A stretch of DNA of 63,190 nucleotides, filler included, from Octopus bimaculoides (taxonomy: Eukaryota): NCBI RefSeq assembly GCF_001194135.2. It is 7 parts of 7 records of this genome, joined end to end, with 100 filler letters (N's around TTAATTAATTAA, not from the genome) between each part and the next. Parts side by side here need not be neighbours in the genome. Positions count along the whole stretch, not along the records: positions 1 to 31,132 come from NC_068999.1; 6 more parts are not named here. One strand, given 5' to 3'. Made by a program: the position numbers and the translations under genes. Each line of letters starts with the position of its first letter. The stretch's first letter is position 1. The notes below the pieces were generated by a model, which saw only the letters and a program-made list of their open reading frames with translations, was not told where the DNA came from and did not search any database. Of the stretch, positions 1 through 10,996 are shown piece after piece.

Positions 1-624
1 TACGCGAAAACACGTAGGCATACCCATACGCATATCACATATTCATATCTGTCTATGCGTCTTTGCGTGTGTGTGTCTATATGTGCATATGTGTGCGTGT
101 GTGTGTGTGTGTGTGTCATGTGTCATAAGTTATGTGATCGTAAGTGTATATGGATAAATATAGAAAAAAACTATTCGTCGCCATAGTTCTCTTTGCATGT
201 TCATATTCACGCAGATCTTGCTGTATACACGTAAACGCGCGCCCGTGTGTATATATGTATGTGTGTATGTATGTATATGTGTGTGTCTGTCGCTGTGTGT
301 GTTTCTGTGTATGCACGTGTGTGTGTTTTTATGTTGCTCTGCTTCGTGTGTTGCTGTGTTTTTTGCGGTTTTTGTGGTTTTGAAGATTTTCGAATGTCGG
401 CGGTGTTCGTTGATGAGGACGGTACAGAGGGTAGGCGGAACCGAGTTAAAAAGGCTAAGTACCAGAATGAGTGGATGCAGTATCTGGGCTTTTGCGATAC
501 CATAACTATTAATGCTTCGACATTCTTCTTGGCCATTCAGACGTGTGTGCTACGGCTCTACGGGAAAACAATGCGTACAAAAGGCGGCCGTTTTAGATAG
601 GACAAAACGGAGTGAAGGAAGGGG

Positions 625-1255
625 GATGGCCGGCGGTGGTGGTGGTGGTGTGGGTGTGGGTGTGGGTGGGGGAGATGAGGATGATGAGGACGACGATGAC
701 AATAATAAAGATGATGAACATGATGTTGAATAATGATAATGCTAATGTCGATGATGATGATGATGATGATAACGCCGATGACNNNNNNNNNNNNNNNNNN
801 NNNNNNNNNNNNNNNNNNNNNNNNNNNNNNNNNNNNNNNNNNNNNNNNNNNNNNNNNNNNNNNNNNNNNNNNNNNNNNNNNNNNNNNNNNNNNNNNNNNN
901 NNNNNNNNNNNNNNNNNNNNNNNNNNNNNNNNNNNNNNNNNNNNNNNNNNNNNNNNNNNNNNNNNNNNNNNNNNNNNNNNNNNNNNNNNNNNNNNNNNNN
1001 NNNNNNNNNNNNNNNNNNNNNNNNNNNNNNNNNNNNNNNNNNNNNNNNNNNNNNNNNNNNNNNNNNNNNNNNNNNNNNNNNNNNNNNNNNNNNNNNNNNN
1101 NNNNNNNNNNNNNNNNNNNNNNNNNNNNNNNNNNNNNNNNNNNNNNNNNNNNNNNNNNNNNTAACACTTGCGACGGTTATGATGATGGCGATGAGGAGTT
1201 CGTTCATGACGATAATGGCAATTATGACGAAGTTAATGATGATGGTGATGATGAC

Positions 1256-1317
<62 letters not shown>

Positions 1318-1445
1318 CAGTGACGACACCGGTCATACACACAATGATCATGATAATAGTTATGAGGACGTCCATGATGATAATGATGGTGATGATGATG
1401 GTGATGATGATGGTGATGATGATGGTGATGATGATGATGATGATA
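625..1445 (+). repeat. (GAT/GGT)n low-complexity block spanning a gap
   Basis: Direct reading. Confidence 0.85.
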
Positions 1446-1507
1446 TAGAGGAAAAAAGAGGGTGGGAGGAGGAAGTAGAGCACCAGATGGAGTGAGAATT
1501 GGAGAAG

Positions 1508-1617
1508 GCAGCTTTGGTCAGCCCGTGGTTAGTGTAGAAGATACTTTCCCAAGATGTCACGGAGTGGGACTGAAACCGGAACCATGCCATTGGGAAGCAA
1601 ACTTCTTACCACACCAC
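1508..1617 (-). mobile_element. SINE family B 5' part
   Basis: tagaagatactttcccaagatgtcacggagtgggactgaaaccggaacc is the reverse complement of the family B head. Confidence 0.7.
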
Positions 1618-1682
1618 TAATTAATCCTTCTTTGACAGTGGACATGTCACCGGCGCATCGGGTTCTTTAAATTCTTGTATAT

Positions 1683-2400
1683 AGGGTGGGAGAAAAGTAA
1701 ATAGCCATTCAAAATTGCTAATAGAAATCCACACGCCTTTTACAAATTAAGTGAAACAAACAATACGTGCTCTTTATGACATGGGAAAACGAAAGTAAAT
1801 CTTCTTATTTCAACGTAAGCACCGGTGGCGTCAAGCAGTTTCCTCAAACGGCCAAGGATGAAATGAACAACCTTCTGAAGGACGTTGTCTCGGATATCAT
1901 TGAGAACTTCCTCAATCCGTGTCTCCAAGTCCTCCAGTGTACGAAGATTTTTGTACACCTGTTTCGTTTAACTCCACAGGTAAAAATCATCTGGAGTGAG
2001 ATCTGAACTTATTGGAGGCCATTCATGAGGTCCACGCTGTCTCATCAAGTTTTAGCCCCTGCACGTAATGGGGGTTCCCACGGACAAAATTTCAATTCTT
2101 TATGCAACACCGTACGTATTGCGTGTCGTGTTAGTCGACTTTCACGAGCTGCTTTACGTGTTGATTTCTGCGGACTGTGACTAAACATTTCCTTCACTGT
2201 TGCCACGTTCTACGCTGATCGGGATGTGGTTGGACGGCCACTTCTTCTTGCATCGTTCACAGAGCTTCATTTCACGCTGCTCCAGTCTACTTAGCCGGCA
2301 AAATTGAGCAATCCTGCGAGGGACCCACGTCATGTCCGGATAAGGAATTTATACGCCAGGAAACGGGTAAACCGGCCCTTATGGCATAGTATGTCGTGAA
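1683..2400 (-). mobile_element. Internally deleted Tc1/mariner-superfamily transposase relic (probably DD37D/maT-like)
   Basis: Minus frames give DARRSGRPTTSRSA*NVATVKEMFSHSPQKSTRKAARE (HTH region) joined directly to GPHEWPPISSDLTPDDFYLW and VYKNLRTLEDLETRIEEVLNDIRDNVLQKVV...GAYVE. The middle of the catalytic domain is missing and stops are present. Confidence 0.85.
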
Positions 2401-2423
2401 AACTTAAAAACAAATGTATCTAA

Positions 2424-2586
2424 TACAGTTCTATGTTTGAGAGATGAGGAATTATGCACATTATTTACCTTATTTACATTTGACGGATATTTGTCCTCAA
2501 CATTTCGGCTGATATACCCTCCAGCCTTCATCAGTTGTCTTGGGTAAATTTTGAACCTAAGTTCTTATTCCTAAGGTATATTTCGA

Positions 2587-2660
<74 letters not shown>

Positions 2661-2695
2661 TCACTGCTTGGAGTCGAACTCGGAATGTTGGGGAA
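2424..2695 (-). mobile_element. tRNA-headed SINE-like family D, 5'-truncated left copy
   Basis: Reverse complement of 2729-2810 plus 3125-3210. Contains the B-box remnant (GAGTTCGACTCC on minus), an expanded (AAT)n and the hammerhead-like motif. Confidence 0.75.
2495..2540 (-). ncRNA. Hammerhead-like motif inside SINE family D (decayed)
   Basis: Minus strand: agacaa-CTGATGA-A-GGCTG-gagggtatat-CAGCC-GAAA-TG-TT-gagg. Stem II is a perfect 5 bp. There is a CG>TG change in stem III, and the 3' strand of stem I is deleted relative to the sister copy at 3125. Confidence 0.6.
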
Positions 2696-2696
2696 T

Positions 2697-3068
2697 ATGG
2701 CATAGTGATTAAGAGCGCGGGCTACTAACCTCAAGATTCCGAGGTCGATTTCAAACAGTTACCTGAATAATGATAATAATAACATCGTAAAATACCTTAG
2801 GAATGAGAAGCCNNNNNNNNNNNNNNNNNNNNNNNNNNNNNNNNNNNNNNNNNNNNNNNNNNNNNNNNNNNNNNNNNNNNNNNNNNNNNNNNNNNNNNNN
2901 NNNNNNNNNNNNNNNNNNNNNNNNNNNNNNNNNNNNNNNNNNNNNNNNNNNNNNNNNNNNNNNNNNNNNNNNNNNNNNNNNNNNNNNNNNNNNNNNNNNN
3001 NNNNNNNNNNNNNNNNNNNNNNNNNNNNNNNNNNNNNNNNNNNNNNNNNNNNNNNNNNNNNNNNNNNN

Positions 3069-3106
<38 letters not shown>

Positions 3107-3210
3107 CATATATACATACATACATATCAGCCGAGACGTTGTGTTAAGAAACAAACAAGATGAGGACAAATATCCGTTGAATGTAAATAATGTAAATCAT
3201 TTAAATAATG
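2697..3210 (+). mobile_element. tRNA-headed SINE-like family D, right copy (spans a gap)
   Basis: Head GGCATAGTGATTAAGAGCGCGGGCTACTAACC...AAGATTCCGAGGTCGATTTC has A-box and B-box like elements. The body continues after the gap (cagccgagacgttgtgtt...gaggacaaatatccgttgaatgtaaataatg). Confidence 0.75.
3125..3145 (+). ncRNA. 3' half of the family D hammerhead-like motif
   Basis: tat-CAGCC-GAGA-CG-TT-GTGTT. GTGTT could pair with the GACAA/GACAC-like strand seen in the sister copy. GAAA is mutated to GAGA and the 5' half is lost in the gap and microsatellite. Confidence 0.45.
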
Positions 3211-3480
3211 TAAAATATATCTAATGTTCTGACGTAATCAGATGACATTCAGGGTGGATAAACAAGGGAAACTTTATGAAGAAAGTTTTCGTGTAAGAAA
3301 GAACAGCTGAATATTCCATGCATCCTCGAGAGAGGCTTAAATCAGTGGTTCAAAGAATTTTACAATGATGACCCATTTATATATATATATATGAGAACGA
3401 CTCTCTCGTCGTTAGACGACGTATGATGGTTGGACAATTCCTTATTGAACAACCACACAAATTATTTGCGTGTAGTGATC

Positions 3481-3690
3481 AAATGTTTGTGAACACATAA
3501 GCTCACTCCCTCCATCAAATCGACATTATCTGCATAGGTGCAACGAGTGCTACATGTCAGATGACGAAATGATCGTACGGCAACGTGAAATGAAGCGCGT
3601 TGCTCAAGAACACAACGCCCGGTCTGGGAATCTAACCCACGATCTCACAGTCGAGAGTGCAACACCTTAATTACTGAGCCATGCGTCTTC
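3481..3690 (-). mobile_element. SINE family C (tRNA-like head)
   Basis: gcaacgtgaaatgaagcgcgttgctcaagaacacaacgcccggtctgggaatc...actgagccatgcg, homologous to 6820-6930 and 55990-56190. Confidence 0.7.
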
Positions 3691-3778
3691 AAATAAACGA
3701 ACAATAAAATTAAGTATAACAAACAAAAGGACATGCACAAGGAATGAATTAGTTTGACGGTCAGTAAAAAGAAGGTGA

Positions 3779-3813
3779 TGTTGACGTTTCGAGCAGAGCC
3801 CTTCATCAGAAGG
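3779..3813 (-). ncRNA. Minimal hammerhead-like motif with canonical CUGAUGA core
   Basis: Minus strand: ccctt-CTGATGA-A-GGGC-tct-GCTC-GAAA-CG-TC-aacat. Stem II has 4 bp with one G-U. Stem I has only 2 bp in this copy. It follows a pyrimidine tract like that of family E. Confidence 0.6.
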
Positions 3814-4018
3814 GAAAAAGGGAAAAGTCCAAACAAGGAAAAGATATCACAGTGCGTAGTTACATACGCGCGCGCGCGCATACACAACCAGGCCAATATG
3901 ACGGTTGGGGTCGCTGTCAAATCTTTCTTTCTATGAATTCATAAATATGTAATTTTCTGAAAAAAAAAAATGTAATGAGTGATACTTCAGTTTAAAGTTC
4001 ACTTGTGTTAACAGACAT

Positions 4019-4084
<66 letters not shown>

Positions 4085-4345
4085 TACATATATATATGTA
4101 TTTATATGTATGTATGTATGTGTATATGTATGTATGCGTCCATATTTGTATGTATGTATATTTATGAACAAACACGCACATCCACAGATATATGTATTGT
4201 TGTTTGATTTGACTGCCTATTTTTCTCTTTGCGTTTCTTTTTCTCTCTGTCTGGCTCCCATCTCATTCACGCTTACTCTCTTTCCCTCTGTCTGTCTGTC
4301 TGTATGTATGTCTGTCACTCTCTGTCTGCTTATGTATGTGTTTAC

Positions 4346-4390
<45 letters not shown>

Positions 4391-4425
4391 AACATCCTCC
4401 ACTCTCTCACTCTCTTTTTTCCCTC

Positions 4426-4479
<54 letters not shown>

Positions 4480-4485
4480 TGTACG

Positions 4486-4530
<45 letters not shown>

Positions 4531-5738
4531 ATATACACACACATATATATTTGTAGCTATATACTATATACATAGTTATGTATATGCATATACACATAAG
4601 TATACACACCCATGTATGTGTATATAAATACTGTATGTTTATGTATAAGTATATGAATATGTGTCTGCGCATGTGTTAGCTTCCCTACCTCCCCCTCATA
4701 CACACCCCTCCCTCTCTCTCTCTCTCTTTCTATCTGTTTCTCTCTCTCTCTCTCTGTCACTTTCTCTCATCTCGATACTTTCAAATTACCAATTTTTATC
4801 GAACAATATCGTTGTTGATGTGTGAAAACTCCAACTGCAACGGAACAATACCAACCAGCTTTCTGCTGAAATGCTTCTTCCATTTTTATTTTGTATTTCT
4901 TTAGTTATTTACTTTCTTTTTTTTTTTGCCTTGTTATTTATGTACTTTTTTTTTAACTGCCGTTCGGGTCGCCTTTACGCAACATTGGAGCTGTTCAAAC
5001 AGTCTTTTTGAATTTTCTGTGATAAATGGCTTGCAACAGTACTTAACACATTTGACTGTGTCAATACCTACATTAGAAAAAACAAAAAGAAAACATAAAA
5101 TTAAAGAAATGAAACGAAAATACACAAAAACACCAAAACAAAAATGGCGACGTACAACGACATAAACACACATACACTATCACACAAAAATATATATTTA
5201 TGCTTACATATGCACTTTATATATAACATATATGAACATACGTAGATACGTATATTTAGAATATTTTATATATGTGTTTGTATGCTTGTGTATGTGTGTC
5301 TATATAGATATGTGTGTAAGCAATTCGTTGTTGGTGTCTAATTTTCGAAATATATTAAAACACACACACACTCTCATAAATGCAATTACACCCTCGTTCA
5401 CTAGTCTATCATATGTGTGTGTGTGTGTGTGTATGTGTGTGTGTGTGTGTGTTTGTACGCGTGTGTGCGTATGTGTGTCTGTTCGTCTATGTAGTTTGTA
5501 GGTATGTATGTGTAGTAAACATCTGACACCAAATAAGTATATGTAAGAATTGTGTGTCTAATTATATGTAACTATAAACATGCACACATATATAAACTCA
5601 CACACAAACACTCACAAACATGCAGAGAAACACACACATAGAATTATATATATATTTCGCTCCATCCCTAACTTCATATATACATAGATACATACATACA
5701 TACATACACACATTCATATATTCGTATATACATATATA

Positions 5739-5786
<48 letters not shown>

Positions 5787-6651
5787 NNNNNNNNNNNNNN
5801 NNNNNNNNNNNNNNNNNNNNNNNNNNNNNNNNNNNNNNNNNNNNNNNNNNNNNNNNNNNNNNNNNNNNNNNNNNNNNNNNNNNNNNNNNNNNNNNNNNNN
5901 NNNNNNNNNNNNNNNNNNNNNNNNNNNNNNNNNNNNNNNNNNNNNNNNNNNNNNNNNNNNNNNNNNNNNNNNNNNNNNNNNNNNNNNNNNNNNNNNNNNN
6001 NNNNNNNNNNNNNNNNNNNNNNNNNNNNNNNNNNNNNNNNNNNNNNNNNNNNNNNNNNNNNNNNNNNNNNNNNNNNNNNNNNNNNNNNNNNNNNNNNNNN
6101 NNNNNNNNNNNNNNNNNNNNNNNNNNNNNNNNNNNNNNNNNNNNNNNNNNNNNNNNNNNNNNNNNNNNNNNNNNNNNNNNNNNNNNNNNNAGTAGCAGTA
6201 GCAGTAGTAGTAGTAGTAGTAGTAGTAGTCGTGGTGGTGGCGGTGTTGGTGGGTATTGAGATATGGTCTATGCACAGACATCGATTGATGTTATGACACT
6301 TGATATTATTTCAAATTAGAGCTTTGAATTTTATTGTTGACATTGTAGTTGTTGCTGTTGTTGATGGCCTTCTTTCTGTTGTTGTTGTTGTTGGTGGTGG
6401 TGGTGTTGTTGTTGTTATTGATATGGTTTTGTATTGTTTGCTTTTGTTTCTTGCTGTTTTTTCGATAATGTCAAAAGTAATAGAACTGATGCCATGATTG
6501 ATTTAGGTCGAGGAAATATTGGAGGCTGTGAGCAATAATTATAAATGTTTTTTTAGTTGACATTAGATTTGGCTTTCTATATTTCCTCCCGTTTTATTTT
6601 TGATGGTTTCAAAAGAGAAGGGTAACCTTACAGAACGTCCAGATGATACCG

Positions 6652-6815
6652 TTTCCAAACTTTGCCACAAGGCCAGCAATTTCGCTGCTGATGCAGAGGG
6701 GCGATTAAATCGATGACCCTGAGCCCACTGCTCAACTGGTACTTATTTAATCGATCCAGTGAGAATGATGGGTAAAGTCAACCTGGGTGGAATTTGAAAT
6801 CAGTACATATAGACG
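6652..6815 (-). mobile_element. SINE family A (decayed)
   Basis: actggtacttatttaatcgatcc...gtaaagtcaacctgggtggaatttgaaatcag. Confidence 0.7.
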
Positions 6816-6819
6816 GACG

Positions 6820-6930
6820 TGCATGAAGTGTAATGCTCAAGACCAAAACGCATCGCCCGGTCCAAGAATCGAAACCTCAATCGTACGATTATGATTCCAA
6901 CACCCTAACCTCTAACCCACGCGCCACTAC
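6820..6930 (-). mobile_element. SINE family C head
   Basis: tgctcaagaccaaaacgcatcgcccggtccaagaatcgaaacc...caacaccctaacctctaacccacgcgcc. Confidence 0.7.
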
Positions 6931-7123
6931 AAATTCATTGAGTGTAGTGCTGTTAGAAAACTACATGTTTTAAATGAGGTATTCCCAAATACTTCTATAC
7001 AAATGCTGTTAAAGGTCTATAGTTAAGAAACTCGCTTTACAACCACGTAGTCTCGAGTCCAACTCAACTACAGGGTAACTTCGGTTAGTAACTTTACTAT
7101 ATTCCCAGGCCAACCAATGAAAG

Positions 7124-7259
7124 AACCACATGGTTCCGGGTTCATTCCCACTGCGTGGCACCTTGGACAAGTGTCTTCTACTATAGTCTCGGGTCGACCG
7201 AAGCGTTGTGAGTGGATTTGGTAGACGGAAACTGAAAGAAGCTTGTCGTATATATGTAT

Positions 7260-7290
<31 letters not shown>

Positions 7291-7493
7291 CGCACACACA
7301 CACATATATATATGTATGTGTGTGTATATGTTTGTATGTCTGTGTTTGTCCCCACAACATCGATTGACAACCGATGGTGGTGTGTTCACGTCCCCGTAAC
7401 TTAGCGGTTCGGGAAAAGAGTCCGATAAAATAAGTACTAGGCTAGATAGAATAGTACTAGGTACGATAGAATAAGTACTAGGTACGATAGAAT

Positions 7494-7500
<7 letters not shown>
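7124..7500 (+). mobile_element. SINE family B
   Basis: aaccacatggttccgggttcattcccactgcgtggcaccttgg... with an internal (CA)n/(TG)n and a tandem gatagaataagtactagg tail. Confidence 0.9.
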
Positions 7501-7562
<62 letters not shown>

Positions 7563-7564
<2 letters not shown>

Positions 7565-7717
7565 GACGGGCTACTTTCAGTTTCCGTCTACCAAATCCAC
7601 CCACAAGGCTTTGGTCGGCCTGAGGCTATAGTAGAAGACACTTATCCAAGGTGCCACGCAGTGGGAATGAACCCGGACCTTGTGGTTGGTAAGCAAGCTA
7701 CTTACCACACAGCCACT
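7563..7717 (-). mobile_element. SINE family B 5' half
   Basis: Reverse complement of 7124-7249 plus the head agtggctgtgtggtaagtagcttgcttacc. Confidence 0.9.
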
Positions 7718-8485
7718 TGGATTTTTTTTTTAGTTTCCATTAAAAAACACACACACACACACACAGGCACTCATCCAGTTCCGTAGATTAGTAATGCAAT
7801 TAGATAATCGGCTATAATGCCTTGAGATATTTGTTCTTTACTTTGTGATGACGATCCCTATGTGAGAGCGGTTCCAGTACTGTAGTGGACAAAGCAGGTG
7901 GCATTTCCAAGGGAAAGACCACAGACTTAGAAGTGAAGATTTATATGTAACGGCAGCTGTTTAATTTTCTAAAACAATTATGCACACGTCTGCAGAAACT
8001 GTGTCAAACGTGACCGACCACATACGTACATTCATACATACATGATTTTCCTTATTTTACGAAGTACTTCTATGAGAGGATCAAGAAGAAGGAAGAAGAA
8101 GAGGAGGGGCATGGGCGAAACATTATTCCCTACGTTAGGGTAAAATTTACGATTTAACCTCAATGGAATTTGAACTCATGCTTTAGACAGACGGAAAACA
8201 TTCTGCCCGATGGTCTGGCACGTGTTTCAGTTACATAATAACGTCGTTATTTGGGGTTCGTACGTAGAAGGCCTAAACATTACAAGAGTATTTTTTTCCT
8301 GCAACCCTTTCATGTTTTTGGAATAAATAAATTGCATAATGGGCGCTCTACACACTCCCTATCACTTTTCACAACATTCCCACAGAATTACCTCTTCTGA
8401 AAAATGACCTTCAAAGCGGTTTTATTGGAACATAACGTTAGCAATGTTGTCCACAGTGCCGAAATCTCACTCACTGCCTCTCTAA

Positions 8486-8545
<60 letters not shown>

Positions 8546-9063
8546 NNNNNNNNNNNNNNNNNNNNNNNNNNNNNNNNNNNNNNNNNNNNNNNNNNNNNNN
8601 NNNNNNNNNNNNNNNNNNNNNNNNNNNNNNNNNNNNNNNNNNNNNNNNNNNNNNNNNNNNNNNNNNNNNNNNNNNNNNNNNNNNNNNNNNNNNNNNNNNN
8701 NNNNNNNNNNNNNNNNNNNNNNNNNNNNNNNNNNNNNNNNNNNNNNNNNNNNNNNNNNNNNNNNNNNNNNNNNNNNNNNNNNNNNNNNNNNNNNNNNNNN
8801 NNNNNNNNNNNNNNNNNNNNNNNNNNNNNNNNNNNNNNNNNNNNNNNNNNNNNNNNNNNNNNNNNNNNNNNNNNNNNNNNNNNNNNNNNNNNNNNNNNNN
8901 NNNNNNNNNNNNNNNNNNNNNNNNNNNNNNNNNNNNNNNNATATATATATATACATACATACATACATACATACATACATACACACACACACATACACAC
9001 TCACACACACACACACTCTCTCTCTCACACACACACTCACACACACTCTCTCTCACACACACA

Positions 9064-9119
<56 letters not shown>

Positions 9120-9121
9120 GA

Positions 9122-9413
9122 TATAAGGCAAATACGAAAATGGAGACGATGAACAATCGACAAACATCAGCCTGTAAACTTTCAATTATATCTACTTATT
9201 ACTTGATTACAATCACATATATGATTGATCGAAATAAACGAATGAAATAAACGAATGAACGAAGGAGTGATCCAAATAAACGAATTGCAATCACATGTAT
9301 GAGTGATCACTCATACATGTGAATGTAATCAATTAATAAATTGATATAATTGAATGTTTACAGGTTGATGTTTGTCGATTGTATATCCTCTCCATTTTCT
9401 TATTTGCCTTATA
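9122..9413. mobile_element. MITE/foldback element with ~110 bp terminal inverted repeats
   Basis: 9122-9230 is the imperfect reverse complement of 9305-9413. The ends are TATAAGGC...GCCTTATA, so a TA target duplication is possible. Confidence 0.8.
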
Positions 9414-9594
9414 AATCCTGGGTAAATTTCTGTTTTACCCCCATGCATACCTAGTATTCAATTGCGATATTGCTATGCAATAGTAAGAACTAGGATATAA
9501 ATACGTTGGTATACATCCAATAGTATATTGAATATTCACTATTCTCTAGATGGTAGTTTAACCTCCAACTCATATAGAGATAAGCATATATATA

Positions 9595-9783
9595 GGGAGA
9601 ATTCACAAAAAAAAAAAAATAAATAACAGACGAAGACAGGTGGTGTAGAAAACAGATACATGTACTAGTATAATGTTCGGGTATTGAAAAAGTCTTTAAC
9701 ATTTCGAGCCTACGCTCTTCTACAGAAAGGAACACAGGAAGAAACAAGGAGAGAAACAAGGAGAGAAAAAAAGGAGAGAAAAA
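9595..9783 (-). mobile_element. Family E short non-autonomous element (Penelope-LTR-like, carries hammerhead)
   Basis: Colinear homology with 57762-57919 across the pyrimidine tract, hammerhead motif and acaccacctgtc(t/c)tcgtctgtt...ttctccc end. Runs into a gap. Confidence 0.65.
9692..9730 (-). ncRNA. Hammerhead-like motif, family E
   Basis: Minus strand: ccttt-CTGTAGA-A-GAGC-gtag-GCTC-GAAA-TG-TT-aaagac. Stem I has 4 bp and stem III shows CpG decay. Confidence 0.6.
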
Positions 9784-9870
9784 NNNNNNNNNNNNNNNNN
9801 NNNNNNNNNNNNNNNNNNNNNNNGAGAGCGGGAGATAGATAAATATAGATATTGATATTGATACATACAA

Positions 9871-10220
9871 GAGTAGGCATGACTGTGTAGTAAAACCTTG
9901 CTTCCCAACCACATGGTTTTGAGTTCAGACTCACTACGTGGCACCTTGGACAAACGTCTTTAATTATAGCTTCTGCCAAATCTTTATGAATGGATTTGGT
10001 AGACACAAGCTGAAAGAAGCCCGTCGTATATCTATACGCGTGTGTGTGTGTGTGTGTGTCTTTGTGTTTGCATTGGTCATCCACCTCCACTTGTCAACCG
10101 GTGCTGGTGTGTTTACGTCCCCGCAGCTTGACATTTCGGCAAAAGGATCTTTAAGTACCAGGTTTAAAGAAATAGGTATTGGTTTCGGGTCACTCGACTA
10201 AAATCCTTTAAGGTGGCGAC
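9871..10220 (+). mobile_element. SINE family B
   Basis: gactgtgtagtaaaaccttgcttcccaaccacatggttttgagttcag...gctgaaagaagcccgtcgt. Confidence 0.85.
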
Positions 10221-10967
10221 TGAGAGGCAAAATATATCAGTTCCTGTACGTTCCTATGCGTATATGTCTGAAAGCAACTGAAAACTTATTCCGCCTTGAG
10301 GGTAAAAAATAAAACAAAAAAGGAATGAAATGCTGCTAGTAAAATTTAGTTTTATATTCGTAGCAATTACCACAGTTAATTTATAATGACGAAACAGTGG
10401 ATTGGCGGAATAAAGAAATCGTCGAAAAATATCCTTCGCGTAATTATTCCACGTCTTTCAGTTCAAATTTTACAGAGGTAAACTTTGCCTTTAGTACTTT
10501 CGGGGTTATTAATGGAAATTACGTTTCAAGTTATGAGTGTCGATGTTTTTGGCCCACCCACTCTTCACAAACTTACAGTCTTTGCAATTTAATTAAATAC
10601 ACTACAGAGCACAAATTCAAACAATTGAGCGATACATCAATGTCAAACTAATCTATCGCTCTAATACTTATCAGATGGAAATCATTTTATCACATTGTTT
10701 GATGTTACTTAACAATGATAACAAATGAGATGGAATTTATAATATTTCTCTTGTCTTTAGATTTGTGAGTGTCAAATAGTATTTCGTAATTTCAAATTTT
10801 GATTTCAGGCTTTACGCAGAAGCTCTCATTAGGTAGCATACATTATCTTCAGAAAGAAGAAACTATAATATGTGTGCATATTTCTGCATGCCATCTAACC
10901 CCCAATCAATTTTTACCTCTGTCACATTGATAATTTCTCTTTCAAATTCTATGCATTTCTTTTACTG

Positions 10968-10996
10968 CTGATGTATGACAGATGCCCGAAACGTTG
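10968..10996 (+). ncRNA. Possible heavily decayed hammerhead-like motif
   Basis: CTGATG-tatgacagatgccc-GAAACGTT-g after a pyrimidine tract. The core and stem II are disrupted. Confidence 0.25.

Noticed and set aside
593-1483. Long ORFs of poly-I/M/D/H, YI, CV, HT, ER or X in the ORF track
   Set aside because: Produced by stop-free microsatellites and N gaps.
2699-2763. tRNA gene
   Set aside because: No acceptor stem, the anticodon stem is weak, and it continues into a repeated body. It is a SINE head, and the same applies to the family A, B and C heads.
7430-7500. Short direct repeats gatagaataagtactagg resembling a CRISPR array
   Set aside because: No unique spacers. It is a slippage-expanded SINE B tail in eukaryotic DNA.
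8390-8485. Minus-strand EAVSEISALWTTLLTLCSNKTALKVIFQKR with GAG|GTAATT donor
   Set aside because: The upstream sequence on that strand is (GA)n, so there is no polypyrimidine acceptor.
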